A stretch of 62,810 bases of DNA, filler included, from Welwitschia mirabilis (GCA_051453625.1; 6 parts of one record of this genome joined end to end with filler, not necessarily neighbours in it); one strand, 5' to 3'. Shown: positions 37,201 through 50,700, numbered from the whole stretch's first letter. Translations and numbers: made by a program. Notes: generated from the letters alone by a model not told the origin.

Positions 37201-39336
37201 TGATCTATTTAAGTAAAGACACCAGGAGAGATCAACCAGACGTTTAAGAGGTCGACTGACTAGAATGGAAATGCAAATTTTATATCTATTATGTAGCTGT
37301 TTTATGATTTTTAGAAGCACGTTTTCACTTGTAATAACCCTAAAAGCCTTCCATTGTAAATAGCCAAAAGTAAAATCACTTGAAAATTATTTTGTCAAAC
37401 TATTGAATCTTGTGTATTAATCATTATACTCTTTTGGCATTTGCATTCGTGATCAAAGATGAGTCAACATCTATTATATCTTTGCATATGAGGTTAGATC
37501 TGTAGCACTCTATTATTCCTAGATTATGTCATCTTTAGGAGAAGTGCTCCATTACTTTCATTGAGCCAAAAAATGAGTGATACCAATGGACTTGGGTATT
37601 TTATCATCACTACCATAATTTATTGCCAAAGGTTGAGACTGAGCCTTTAGAAAATGCTTATTTGAAAAAAGGTTTAAATTGAGCCTTCAAAAAATGTTCA
37701 TTTGTAAAGGTTCCAGCTGAACCTACAATACCTAAAAGATTTTAATAGAGATCTAGATTAGGCTTAGTGATAAGCTGATTATCGAGAGTGGAGTAGGGGG
37801 TTTTCTTAAACCACTATAAATCTTGCTTACATATGATTAGTATTTCTGTGCTTTCTATTATTTTCATTTTTTAGAATTCTTTCTATTTTTATGCACAAGT
37901 TTTTTAATGATTTCTTTTTTAAGTAAAGTATTTAATTTGAAGATTATTAATCAATTTCTTAGAATCCTATTCACCCCTCTTCTCTAGGATTCTTAATCCT
38001 ATACACCATACAAGCAATTTATAGTAGTTCAAGAAATACCCTTACTCTGCTCTCATCTATCAGCTTCAATTCTAAGCTGATTTAGATCTTTGTTGCTTTT
38101 ATTCTAGGTTTCTAGATCAACTTGTAACCTTTACAAATGGACTTTGCAAGGCAGGCTCAACCTTTACAGAGTAAAGGTTTTGGTGATAGAAGAATGCCTA
38201 AGTACACTAGCTTACTTAATTTGAAGTACAACAATGATGTGTCACATTACTTTGAGTAGTGGTTTGCAAGTACAATCTCTTATAGTGTAGGTATATGTCT
38301 TGACCATAAAGGTATCAATAGTACAAATATCATTTTTTCTTAAAAAATGGTAGTCAAAAGGTTCTTATTCATTTATTGATAAAGGAGACATGTTTAATAT
38401 AACTTTAAATGGGTTTGACATAATAATTGCTAGATATGGTATAGAGTAATGTCTATAAAATAGTCTAAAAAGTTTTTATTTCACTCCAATCAATCAACCC
38501 CTCAAAACATCTGGTCGACCCAATTGATTACTATCACTTGACTCAATCAACCCATTTTTACTTTGCTTAACCTGAGTAACTCATGTTACTTGGTCCAGTT
38601 AACTCTAGTTAATGTTCAATTGACTACCTTTACCCAAGTTTGGTTGATCCCTTATGAGCTTTGGTCAATTGTCTTTATTCAAGTCTAATCATTCCCTTTT
38701 GGAATCTAGTTGATCCCTCTTAAACTTTGATAATTTTTGGAAACAAGATCTTAAGATAAATGTCAATATTTATTTGTCTTACAAGGTTTTATCAACTTAT
38801 AACTTTGCAATATATTTAAGCTATAGATGATATATTAGTTTCACATCAATTTGACAATCTTAACTCAATAATATTCCCCTTTGACATTGATAGTAAAGTA
38901 TGTACAATTAGAAATAAATAATACTAGTTTGATGAGAGACTGTGCAAATTACCCTATTGATATGTCATATATGATCCATGATATTTTAATTTATAAAGAA
39001 ATGTACAATATCATTAGAGTATATTGAACGACAAAAAATAAAACTTAAAAGAAAATAATAGTTAAGCATTAATAAAGAGACAAGTAATAGACAACTACTA
39101 TAGCACTGATAAAGATGTCTAAAATGTTTTTGAAAAAGTAGTTTTTACAGTTGAGTGTATAATAAAACTATAGATAAAATAAATGCTTAGACACAAGTAG
39201 CTTTTTAACATGACAAATATAAAATAATAGACATGAGTAACAAGACTATATTTTTCTTTCCCTTTTGATATCAATGATAAAGGAGAGAAACACAAGTAAA
39301 ATAACTAATTAGATTTTTATTTTTCTTCAGACTCTT

Positions 39337-39415
39337 TGTTGCGATGCCAACTTAAGTGTATTTGATAGGGTATTTTGAGTTGTTTTGCAAATAAACTAAC
39401 AGATAAATGCCTAGT
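39337..39415 (+). mobile_element. Start of an Athila-family LTR inserted in the Sirevirus, cut by a gap
   Basis: TGTTGCGATGCCAACTTAAGTGTATTTGATAGGGTATTTTGAG is nearly the reverse complement of 52468-52547 and resembles the LTR starts at 8836 and 17358. Confidence 0.75.
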
Positions 39416-39515
39416 NNNNNNNNNNNNNNNNNNNNNNNNNNNNNNNNNNNNNNNNNNNNTTAATTAATTAANNNNNNNNNNNNNNNNNNNNNNNNNNNNN
39501 NNNNNNNNNNNNNNN

Positions 39516-40420
39516 ATGTGATGAGAACTTTCAAATTCTTTTGAAGTATCTGCAATTTGATAGCCTATCACAATAAGATCTTTCCTTATATGAGGAGTGC
39601 CAGAATATAATATTTTGAGAAGGAAAAGGGTTTTATTAAGAGAGGCCTTCTTTGGTGAAGGATATTTTAAGGAGTTAAAGGCATATTCAGAAAATATATG
39701 CATTCTAGAAAGAGTGGCATATCCTATAGATGACATGAAAGTCATGATTTTTAGCTTAAGATAAACGGAACTCTAAAATGCCTATAAATATCTGCAATGA
39801 GGATAGAGTAAGGAAGGGCTCTAATCTTGTGATATTAAGGTTGAGAGACCATTTTTTTAGTGTAATGGTATAAGCATCTATAGTGTGATGGATTTTTACC
39901 AAGTACAAAAGATAAACTCTATAGTTTGAGATCTCATAATAATAACCAAAAAGAGGCAAAAATTTATAGGTAAAAACAAGATGTAAAAAAATGGTATTTT
40001 GGAATGAGAGAAAAAAATGGAAAGAGTGGTTTTTCACCTTATGAACTTTCTACATAGCTCTTAAGTTACTTTAGCCCTATCTTTCATAGAGTTACCAAGA
40101 GGCCAAAACTCTCCATAATAATTCTTGGGAAGATTTATGACTAAAGAAATCAAGTCTATAATTATATTCATTCTCTTTCCTACCATGAGGATGGAAAGAG
40201 TAGAAAAGTCAACATCAAAGGTAGCATTTTCATAAAAGATTATAGTAAGTAAAAGATAAGCAGTGTCAAAAACATCAAGAAAGCATGAATGTTTAAGATC
40301 ATAAATGAGTCTTACTACATCTCTTAGCTTCCGTAACTCATGTAAAGTAATAGCTCTTTCTTGGTAAATAGGCTTCTTCTTAAACTTAGAGGTGAAACAA
40401 TTAATGTCTCCTTCTGACAT
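39516..40420 (-). pseudogene. Disrupted env-like/accessory ORF located between pol and the 3' LTR of the minus-strand Sirevirus
   Basis: ORF 40061-40420 (…KKPIYQERAI…FLDVFDTAYLLLTIIFYENATF…ILMVGKRMNIIIDLISLVINLP) resembles the YPxLVxEFYxN-type plant retroelement accessory domain. Its position downstream of RNase H fits Sirevirus env-like genes. Confidence 0.6.
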
Positions 40421-41236
40421 GCCTTAGTAGAAATAAGAAGTATCTCTGCTATTGAGTACTTTTTGTATTGATCTTCTTGAGGGTCCTTAGTTATGGTTAC
40501 AAAATAGATTTATTGAAGATAGATGAAATATGAGAAAATAGACAAGAAAAGAGAGAGACAAATGGAATAAAGATGTAAAATAAAAGATACAGGGCACCAA
40601 CAACTTTTATTAGTGGGACAAAATAAGTCATATTTGAGAAAAGATTTTGGTTCACTACCTTTCTAACACCTTTCTTATACCTCATCTTGTTAATCAAGTT
40701 CATGTTTGATTGGCCTACCAAATTGTGATCTGACATGTCTAGATTTAGTTGATTGACACTTCAGTTTGGTTGACTTAACTATAGGTGGGTTAGATCTTGG
40801 ATATGTCTGAGTAACTAGGTAAAAATATGATTGACTCAACTTCTATAAGTCCAATTGACTTGATTATGAATCTAGTCGATTATCCTACTTTTAGTTAAAG
40901 GACAGTGATAGAACCCCCAGTTCATATTGAAGATGAAAAATTTGTCAAAATTTAAGAGTTTTGTAAAGATATTGACTCGCTATTGGTCAGTGTTTATAAA
41001 ATTCCTAGTAATATTCCCTTTTTTAACCTGATCTCTAAGAAAACGGTATTTAAGCTTAATATGTTTAGTTTGAGAGTGTTGAACATGATTTTTTAATATA
41101 TTTATTGCACTAGTATTATTATAAAAGATGAGCTCCTAGTCATACTTAACTCCAAAATATTTTAACATTTTCTTCATCCATAAAAGATGGATACAAAAGT
41201 TTTCTGCTACTATATATTTAGCTTTAGCTATGAGGG

Positions 41237-41243
41237 GAGAGAG

Positions 41244-41311
<68 letters not shown>

Positions 41312-41340
41312 AGAGAGAGAGAGAGAGAGAAAGAGAGGAG
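41237..41340. repeat. Long (GA)n microsatellite inside the decayed copia RT/RNase H
   Basis: Seen directly; about 40 GA units with two GC interruptions. Confidence 0.95.
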
Positions 41341-42594
41341 AAAGTTTTGTTTCTTACTTGTTCAACCTACCAGGTAAGCACCAAGAAAGAAACAACTCCT
41401 AATTGTTTCTTTTTAATCATCCTTGCATCCAGCCTAGTCTATCTTATTAAATCTTACAAGATCAAAAGATTTTCCTTCATGATACCATAGCCCATAATCA
41501 CAAGGACCTATTATGTATCTTATGATTCTTTTTATAGCTTTAAGATGTAATTCTTTATGATTTACTTATTATCTTCCATAAATAGACATACTAAAAATTA
41601 TATCAAGTTTTCTAGGTGTAATACAATAGACTTCCTATCATACTCCTCTACGTCTTTTGATCTCTTGGTTTTACTTAATTGTCAAGACTCATTTTAGACA
41701 TTGTTGACATAGGAGAGGTGGATTTTGTGTTTTTAAAGCTAAAATGTTTTACTATGTTCTTCGTATACTTTGATTTGGAGATGAAGATTCCTTAATTTAA
41801 TTATCTAATTTATAGCCTAAGAAACATACTTACTTCTCCTAGCATGCTCATCTCAAAGTGTTTTATCATGATATTGGTAAACTTTTTTGCTAGACCTTTC
41901 TTTGAGACTCTAAAAAATTAACCATGATCTTCAAGAAAGATTGTTAATTTTTCATACTAAGTGCTAAGGTCCTATTTCAATCCATATAAATATTTATAAG
42001 TCTATAAACATGGTTTGGTTTATGAGGATATATAAAGCCTCTAGGTTATTCTACATAAACCTCTTCATTGAGAACATCATTTAAGAAATAACTTTTTAAA
42101 TCTATCTAAAAGGCTTTAAAAATTTTCAAAAGCTACAAAGGAAAGAAAGATTCTAATACTATCTAACTTGGTAATTAGAGAAAAAGTATCTCCTACATCG
42201 ATCCTCTCAATCTGATTATACACTTGATCCACTAGTCTTGCCTTGTTCTTGATCACAATGTTGTATTCATTACATTTATTTTTAAAAATCCATTTTATTC
42301 TAATCATATTTTAATCCTTAGTTCTTTCAAGTAGTTGCTAAACATTATTTCTTTTAAATTATTGTAATTCCTCTTACATTGCTATCATCCATTCTTCATG
42401 AGTTTTAGCCTTCTCATAGTTCTTAAGTTTAACTTGAGACACTTAAAACACATGAGAACAAAACGTTTTAAGGGAGTGTCTAGTGTGCATCCTTGGATTT
42501 ACATCTCGAATGACTAAATTAAGAGGATGATCCTTTAATTCTTGCAAATGTTTCACATTTAATTCTTGTCTTGATTTTTATTTTGCTTTATTTT

Positions 42595-42850
42595 CACTAC
42601 AAGAAATATAGGCTTTTAAGGCATTTATAAATTATCTTAAAAGGTCTCAAAAAGCCTTAAAATCTTTTAAGGCATTTCGTCAAAAAATGATTTAAAAAAC
42701 TATGCCTTAAAAGCCTATTGACTTGTAAGAAGTTTCTAATGCGTTTTAATAAAAATGCCTTAAAATGCCTTTTAAGGTGATTATTTGTATAAATACCTCA
42801 AAAGTAATTTTGAGGTATTTTACCAAATAAATTCCTTAAAAGGCATAACC
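42595..42850 (+). mobile_element. CACTA (En/Spm) DNA transposon terminus with subterminal repeats; the body probably extends to ~44340
   Basis: CACTACAAGAAA at 42595 followed by about 8 direct/inverted copies of TTTTAAGGCATTT / AAATGCCTTAAAA. The partner terminus was not found. Confidence 0.85.
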
Positions 42851-44342
42851 TAGAAAAAGAAAATGAGAGAGAGAGAAAGGGAATATACAAGGAGATGTAT
42901 GAAATGATATGTTGTGGTAGTGCACATGGCATTTATTTTGCTTTCACTATGCCTCTCAAGTGGGTTATCCCCTCCACCCCTTTTCTACTTTATAAGAATA
43001 TTGCTCTTTTTTTTTTGTCTTTTTATTATTTTAAAGTCTAAAATATAAAGACTTGTTTCAACATGCAAAAAGAAAACTATGCTTTTGAGCAAAAAGATTT
43101 ATGTGTTTCCTTCTTTTGAGCTCAATATCATGTGTTTCTAGCACTTTTTATTCATTTGTGTTATGTTATTAAAATATATTGAATTGTAAATCCTCTTTTA
43201 ATAATCATATCTACTTTTTCTTAGGTACAAGTTCAAAATGTCAAAGTCTACATCATTATAATCCCTTTTATGTCATGCCTATGAACATGCTCAGATTTGT
43301 AAGGCTCTTTAAAATTGTAAATGGAACATTTCTACAATCCTAAGGTTGAGCATTACGATCATTAATTGCCTTGTCTCTATAGATTTTTAACAAGTTTCAT
43401 AATCTTATACCTACTATAAGGTTTAAGATACATGTTTGATCATAGTTGCTAACTTCTTTTTGTATTACTAATGTATGAACTTGGTATTTATTCAGAAATG
43501 TAAATTGAATTTCATCAAAGGAAGAAAAACATGCTTACTTAATTTGAAATAAGTCTAAAAATTATCCATATGAAATATGATTTTGGTTATTATTTCCTTT
43601 CTCATTTTAAGGATTACATATTCCTTTTCTAGTGTTTTTCATACCTTTTCTGAGGAGAGTTATACACGTTTGCCATTAATTATTGTCCTTAACTATGCTA
43701 AACTTGTCCTTTCCTATAATCATTTTAGGTTAAAAACAAATGCAGAGTTAATACACTTGCCTATTAGATTCATAAGCCTAAGAGATCATAGTGTACTAGT
43801 GGCCATATCTAAGACTAATCAAATAAAAGACATGCATGAAGTAGAGAAGCATCATCTTTATTTAAATTTTAATACAAAGCTTAGTTGCAAATCAAACTGG
43901 TCTTGTGCTGTGACTCGTTAATTATGATGTCTAGAAAATTGAACTATGAAATCCATATTATATGTTTGAAGATTTTACTTTTCTACCTATAATGTGCTCT
44001 ACAACTGTGATATTGCATAGTAAGCAGAGTAAAATAGAAATTATAGCTACGATCCCATATATTTTTCTTAGTATGAAACATCTTTCAGCAAAATAGTATT
44101 TTGCTAGAACTTAAAAGCTTGAAGTAAGACAAACTCTTGTAGTCATAAGACAAATTCTAAACATGTATCTAGAATATTTAGAATTTATTTTTTCTTTTTG
44201 TTTTAATATAAAAATTTTAAAAATAAGAAAGCTATTCCTGGCATGTTGATTGTATATATTCCTATACAATTATTCAAAGACAATGCAATTATTTTTCAAA
44301 TAATCAAATAAATAACGAAATGATCTATTAGGCAATACCCAT

Positions 44343-44466
44343 TGTTGCAGTGCATATTTATGCAATATTTTACTCTTCGATCTCAATCCCATTAATTATA
44401 AATAAGATGCAAAATACAGCACGCTAGTATAGTCAGGACTGAACCAAATGTCGTAATTCCATCGAA
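44343..44466 (-). mobile_element. 3' end of an Athila-family LTR, cut by a scaffold join
   Basis: TGTTGCAGTGCATATTT is the reverse complement of the LTR end AAATATGCACTGCAACA at 54196-54212. Confidence 0.75.
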
Positions 44467-44566
44467 NNNNNNNNNNNNNNNNNNNNNNNNNNNNNNNNNN
44501 NNNNNNNNNNTTAATTAATTAANNNNNNNNNNNNNNNNNNNNNNNNNNNNNNNNNNNNNNNNNNNN

Positions 44567-44779
44567 TCAATTTGAAAAGAATGGGAGCTATATTTTAGAA
44601 TCAAAGTGAGTTTGAAATTTTTTTAACTATAGAAGTTCGGTTTTTACATTTTGATATTAGAGCATCAAGTCTAAAGATTTTTAACTATAGAAATTTTTGA
44701 GATTTTACATTTTGATATCAAAGCAAGTTTAAATTTTTCAACTATTTAGTTTTGGGGTGTAGAAAATCTGTATGTTACA
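44567..44779 (+). repeat. Second copy of the LTR-end/PBS tandem array, ending in TGTTACA and abutting Athila pol
   Basis: TTTTAACTATAGAA units with PBS variants TAGAATCAAAGT (44596), TGATATTAGAGC (44652) and TGATATCAAAGC (44713). Confidence 0.75.
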
Positions 44780-47700
44780 TGGTGTTTACTACTACTTCTA
44801 GGTAGAGAATTTTATGCAATAGTCCATTGTATTATTGATATAAAAATTGAAATGTTGGAGTGTTACTTAGAAAATAAAAATTTTACCATTAGAGTTTTTG
44901 ATGCCAGTAAAAATAATCTAAGTGATGAGTGAAATGTAGAGGAAGAAATTAAGCCAGCATTATTTTAATAGTATTATTCACTTAAAGAGAGATGGTTAAT
45001 GCTTCATGAGCTTACCTTGTATGATTATCCACTTGAAGTAGAAAATTTAAAAGATTTTAACAATGATGAACTCAATTATAAACACTTAGGTACTAACTAT
45101 TTTAATCAAGAGAATGAAGAAATAGGACTTGTAGTTTGTAAAGAAGTCTAACATTTAAAAGCAACTTAGATTCCATATTTTAAGAGAGGTTGTTTATCCC
45201 TATTATATGGATAACTATTAGAGACGATAGTCAACTCTAGTAAGAAATTGATAGAAACTGAAAAGTTGAATTTAAATATAAAACCTTTATCTAATGGACT
45301 AAAATATATCTTTCTGTGTAATGATCTAAATAAACATTTCATAATAAATGCAAATATTTCCCCTTAATAACAATTGATTTTAATCTTACTTTTAAATTGT
45401 AAGTTTAATGCATTTGCTTCGACCCACAAAGATTTAACAGCCATTCCTACTTTTATTATTCAACATAAAATCTATTTTAAGGATAATGCAAAACCTATTA
45501 GGTTATCCCAAAGAAGACTAAATCTAGCCCTTAAACAAGTCATAAAAGATTAGATAATTAAATCAATGAATACTAAAATTATTTATTTTATATCTAATAG
45601 TAAGTGGATTAGCCCTTTTGATGATACTGCCTAAAAAAGGTGGGAAGTAAAGAATGTGTATTGATTTTAAAAAGCTTAATAAAGTAATAAAGAAATACCA
45701 TTGCCCTTTACCTTTTTTTGATCAAAAACTTGATAGAATCTAAGGACATACATTTTATTACTTTTTTGATGGACATAGTGATTATAATTAGGTTTGTATA
45801 GTTAGTGAGAATCAAGCAAAAACAACTTTCACTTCATATTTCAGAACATTTACCTTTAGATACATACTTTTTGGACTTTGTAGTACCGCTGGTATTTTTT
45901 AACATGTAATGATTGTTATCTTTTCTAATATGTTAGAGGATTTCATTGAAATTTGATGGATGACTTTCCAATTTTTAATGAAAACTTTAATAAAATTATA
46001 AAAAGGTTATAAAAGTTCTTGATAGATGCATTGAGAAAGGCCTATATTTAAGTTAGAAGAAGAGTTTCTTTTTAGTTGATAATGAAATTTTCTAAAGTCA
46101 TCACATTTCTAGTAAGGGAATTAGGATGAATCCTAAAAAAGTAAGTATTATTAAAAACCTAACTTCTTTAATAAATGTAAAACAAGTTCAATCTTTCCTT
46201 GGTCATTATTATTTTTATCATCATATTATTTAGGATTATGATAAAATTTATAAATCCTTCATTAATTGCTTAAAAAAGAAGTTTAATTTGAATGAAATCA
46301 ATCTTGTCACCTTGCCTTTGAAAAACTTAAAGATAAAATCTCTTTTGCACCTATAGTACTAGGACTCAATTAGAATAAATATTTTGAATTAATGTATAAT
46401 ATTAGTAACATTATCATGGATGGGGTTCTTGGATAAAAGTATAAAAAAGATTTTAAAGTTATATCTTATGATAGTAAAACTTTATTTAAAGCTCAATTAA
46501 ATTATACTAATTCTAAGAAAGAAATATTGGCCATAATCTTTCACCTCGATAATCTTAGACACTATCTTTTAGACTTTCATATGAATGTTTATATTAATTA
46601 TGTAGCTATTAGATATCTAATGACTAAGAAATATTATATTGCTAGACTTATTAGATGGATCCTCCTCATGCAAGAATTTAATATTACTATCATTGATAAA
46701 GTAAGATAATATAAAATTATAGTAGATCATTCTTCATGTCTTTCTTCTTCTCTTGATGATCTTATGATTGATGATTCTTTTCTGGATAAATAACTTTTGG
46801 AAATATCTTCTACTCATTCTCCTCCTTGGTATGTTAACATAGTTAATTATCTTGTTACTAAAAAAACATCATAACATTGAAGTCATAATCAAAGAAAATC
46901 TTTTCGTCATAGAATAGGTAATTATGAATGGAATAAGCCACATCTTTACCATAGGTGGAGAAATCTAATCATAAGAAAATGTATGCCTAAATGGAAAAAG
47001 TTAGACATAATTCATCTTTACCATGATGATATTTGTGGAAGTCACTTTAATGGATAGAAAATAACAATAAAAATTCTTCACTCTACTTTTTATTGGGCTA
47101 GTTTTTTTAAGGACTCTTTTGATTTTGCTAGAAGGTGTGATGCTTGTCAATGTTATAGTAGTCTTATTCATTCTTAAGAGATTTCCCTTAAACCTATTCT
47201 NNNNNNNNNNNNNNNNNNNNNNNNNNNNNNNNNNNNNNNNNNNNNNNNNNNNNNNNNNNNNNNNNNNNNNNNNNNNNNNNNNNNNNNNNNNNNNNNNNNN
47301 CTTATTCATTCTCATTATATGCTTTTTAAACCTATTCTTGAATGTGAACCTTTTGATTGTTAGGTAATTAATTTTATGAGCCCTATTAAACCATTTTATA
47401 TTGGTAAGAATTGCATTCTAGTGCCTGTTGATTATGTTATTAAATGGGTTGAAGCTATTCCTACTTTTATAAATGATGTTCGAACCATTTGCAATTTTAT
47501 GAGAACTCATATTTTTTAATGTTTTAATTTTTTCAAAATTATTATTATTATTTAAGACCTCATTTTATAAATCATCTTTTTAAGAGACTTCTTTTATCCA
47601 TTAGANNNNNNNNNNNNNNNNNNNNNNNNNNNNNNNNNNNNNNNNNNNNNNNNNNNNNNNNNNNNNNNNNNNNNNNNNNNNNNNNNNNNNNNNNNNNNNN

Positions 47701-50700
47701 NNNNNTATTTTATAAATCATCTTTTTAGGAGACTTCTTTTATCCATTAGAATTAAACATAGAATAGCTTATTCTTATCATCTATAAAGCAATGGTCAAGC
47801 TGAAAATGCTAATAGAGAAATAAAGAAAATGATTTTAAAAATTGTTTTTGTTAATAAAAATATTGGGTTTCTAACCTCAATGATGGAAAAATATTGGGTT
47901 TCTAACCTCAATGATGTTCTTTGGGATTACTGTACCACTTGGCATAATACTCTTGGTTTTTTACCTTATGAACTTATGTACAAAAAGTTTGTGTTTTACC
48001 AATTGATGTTTTTTATAATTCTTATTATTCTTTCCATCAAATTAATCTTGTAAATCTTCATAAAAATATTAAAAATATATTAGCCCAACTTATTCACTTA
48101 AATTAAAATTGTACTCATGCCATACATCATTAATGCATTTACAAAGCCCAAGCTAAGTTCAAACATGATAAAAAGTTAATTCACAAAAATTTTGAATCTG
48201 GTTAACTTGTTCTTTTGTATAATACTAGAGTGAACCTTTTACATAACAAGTTGACCTCTAAATGATTAGGGTCTTATCTTACAAAGAAAGTAAATTCTAA
48301 TGGCTCTATTGGGATTTCTGCCTTAGATACTGGAGATATCTAGAACATTAATGGACAAAGGTTGAAAATATATGAAAAAATTTCTAATGTAACCTTGAAC
48401 ATGATAGAAGCATTTATCTTGAAGGGTCAACTTAATAATTGGAACTTCCTACCTATCATTATCTAAATTCTCTCTTATCCTATTCTTTTGATGGACATTA
48501 TGATGTTACTTGATCATATTTAACTTGACTTGTGTATTTCCTTTATGAAGTTTCCATGACTGGTATTCATACTTGGGTATTTTATAATGTTAATGTTGGA
48601 TTCATTAAATCTTAAAAAATTCACATGTTTATAAACTTTATTTTGAAGGAATATGACTTAGTTCTTTTATTTTTCTTAATGGTGTGAGGTCTTTGATTAT
48701 TTAGATGTGTTTTTCTCTATTTTTCATCTCACTTATTCACCTTCATCTTTTAAGTGGATGGTAATGTAGGGATTATTTCCAAAATAAAAAGAATTATGAT
48801 TATGATATATTCTATTTATACTAAAATACATGGTCACCATAATATCATATCACACTAGGGTAAATTTTTCTACAAGGAACCTTTAATAGTGTTAGTAGCT
48901 ATGTGAAATCCAATGGGGGGCTAATTGGTTAGGCTTCATAGGTTCTTACTTCTTTCGCTGTGATTGCACTTCCTTCATTATAGAAAATAGTAATAAAACT
49001 TTAAGGCTATGGAATAAGTGATGTTCCTGATGTTATTAGAGGCATTGCTTATTTTCTAGACTCTTAGTATTCTCGCATAATCATTTTATTTTTGAGAAAA
49101 ACTTCTCTCTATAGCACTTGATTTTTTATTTCATCATAACCACTGATTTTTTGAGTGGAATTTTCTGGGGTTGGCATATTTTGTCATGCATCTTTACTTA
49201 GGTAGCTTTATGATGTCTTCCAAGAGGTTTTGCTAGATTAGGATTTAGAGTAGATATGCTATCTTCTTCATGTTTTTAGTTGTCCATTTTCATTTTGTTT
49301 TTCTTTGATTGTTTGATTTATTATTTTAAAGTCATTTATGTACTTTTTTATTATTATTTTTAGGATATTATTATTTAGTAGTTTTCTTGTTATTATTTTC
49401 ATTTTCACTCATGTTATTTTATCAAGTAAAGTTGGCTTTCTTTTACCATTTTTATTAGATGATATTCTTTATAATTTCCATGATGTTCCTTTGAGTATTT
49501 TTGGAGTTCTACATATTTTTGATGATGATTTTTCAATTTGGGTACATTTTTTCAATTTCTGTATTATCCTTCATCCTACTTAGTGCATCGTTAATGCCCT
49601 ATCTTTCAATTATTTGAAGTTTCTCTCATTTTTTATCCTTATTTGTCATGATTATTTACCATTTCCGATATTTTAAATTTTCTCATATATTCTGATACCT
49701 TCATGTTGATATCTAAGCCTAATATTTTTAGTTGATAATCTTATTTTTCTAGAACTTTTTCAAATATTATCATTCACCTAATCATCTAGATGACCCAGTG
49801 GATGACAGCCTAATATTTTCTTATAGTCATCCTAGGGCTGTTATCCAGATGATGTGCCTAGATGATAGTTTAATAAAACCACAGCTAAATATGGTTTCCA
49901 CCATTTCTTTCCATTTCTATGTCATTTTCATTCATTTTTTCAAGAGACAATTATCACATTAAGATCTACCAACATTTTGGATTTTCCATTATCCAATTTC
50001 ATTNNNNNNNNNNNNNNATTTTATTAGATTTATTTAAATGATGTATGTTTTTTACTCCCTTATTATTTTTGATTTTTTCTCCCATTTTTTAGCCTTTCAG
50101 AGCCTTATTTTCATTTATATCGTTTAATTTTTCATGCTCTTCAATTTGGTACTTATAGATCTGATTTTCATTAAGGATTTTATGAGATATTTGGATTTAT
50201 GAATTTTATAAGATATAATTAGTTTTTATCTTTGAAATTCATTTTTTTAAAAACTATAAGCCAAAATGTAATATGCCTTATAGGAAAAATGATTAGTACA
50301 AGGAGTTGTATGCTTCTATTAGATTAGATTTTTTTTATTTGAGTACTTTTGTTTTTAACCTTTTATGGGCCTACCCACTCTTTACTTTTTCATTTTTCTT
50401 ATGTTTCACACTTTTTCTTCACATGATTACACAATATGGAACATATTGATTCTCTTGAGGGGGTAAGATATATTTTCATGATTTTTACCAAAAAAATGAT
50501 TTTTGGGGTTATTTAGAGCTTTCATGAAACACATTTTAGCAATTTCCACTTTATCTCGCATGATGTGCTTTACATTTGTGATTGGTTTGGCCATGTACAT
50601 GATGAGCTAGATAGGTTGAGGTAGAGGCTGAGCTATCAAAATAGGAGGCATGCCCACTGGCATCCATGCATATACCATCTCAACAGGCTTAATCCATGTT

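Larger units (their letters stand above)
26776..38003 (+). mobile_element. Full-length, decayed Sirevirus-type Ty1/copia LTR retrotransposon (5' LTR 26776-28177, 3' LTR 36565-38003)
   Basis: Alignable ~1.4 kb LTRs with perfect TSD CACCA (26771-26775, 38004-38008). PBS TGGTATCAGAGC at 28180-28191; PPT AAAGGGGGAGAT before 36565 with upstream PPT copies (~36137, ~36491). LTR end CCTATTCACCCCTCT..CTAGG; domain order PR-INT-RT-RH. Confidence 0.93.
26597..42560 (-). mobile_element. Minus-strand Sirevirus-type Ty1/copia element. Its 3' LTR is split (26597-26775 and 38004-38870) by the + strand Sirevirus, followed by an env-like region and RT/RNase H; truncated at the CACTA insertion
   Basis: LTR end on minus reads CTATTCACCCATCCTCTTG...GATCCTTTCA (26597). 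PPT AAAGGGGAATAT at 38871-38883, extra PPT near 39255. RT motif IKWIFKNKCNE...KNKARLV (42116-42307) and RNase H end NIFTK near 40960. Continuity across the scaffold join at 39416-39515 is assumed. Confidence 0.7.

Noticed and set aside
41187..41490. ORFs with poly-(ER) tracts
   Set aside because: Translation of the GA microsatellite.
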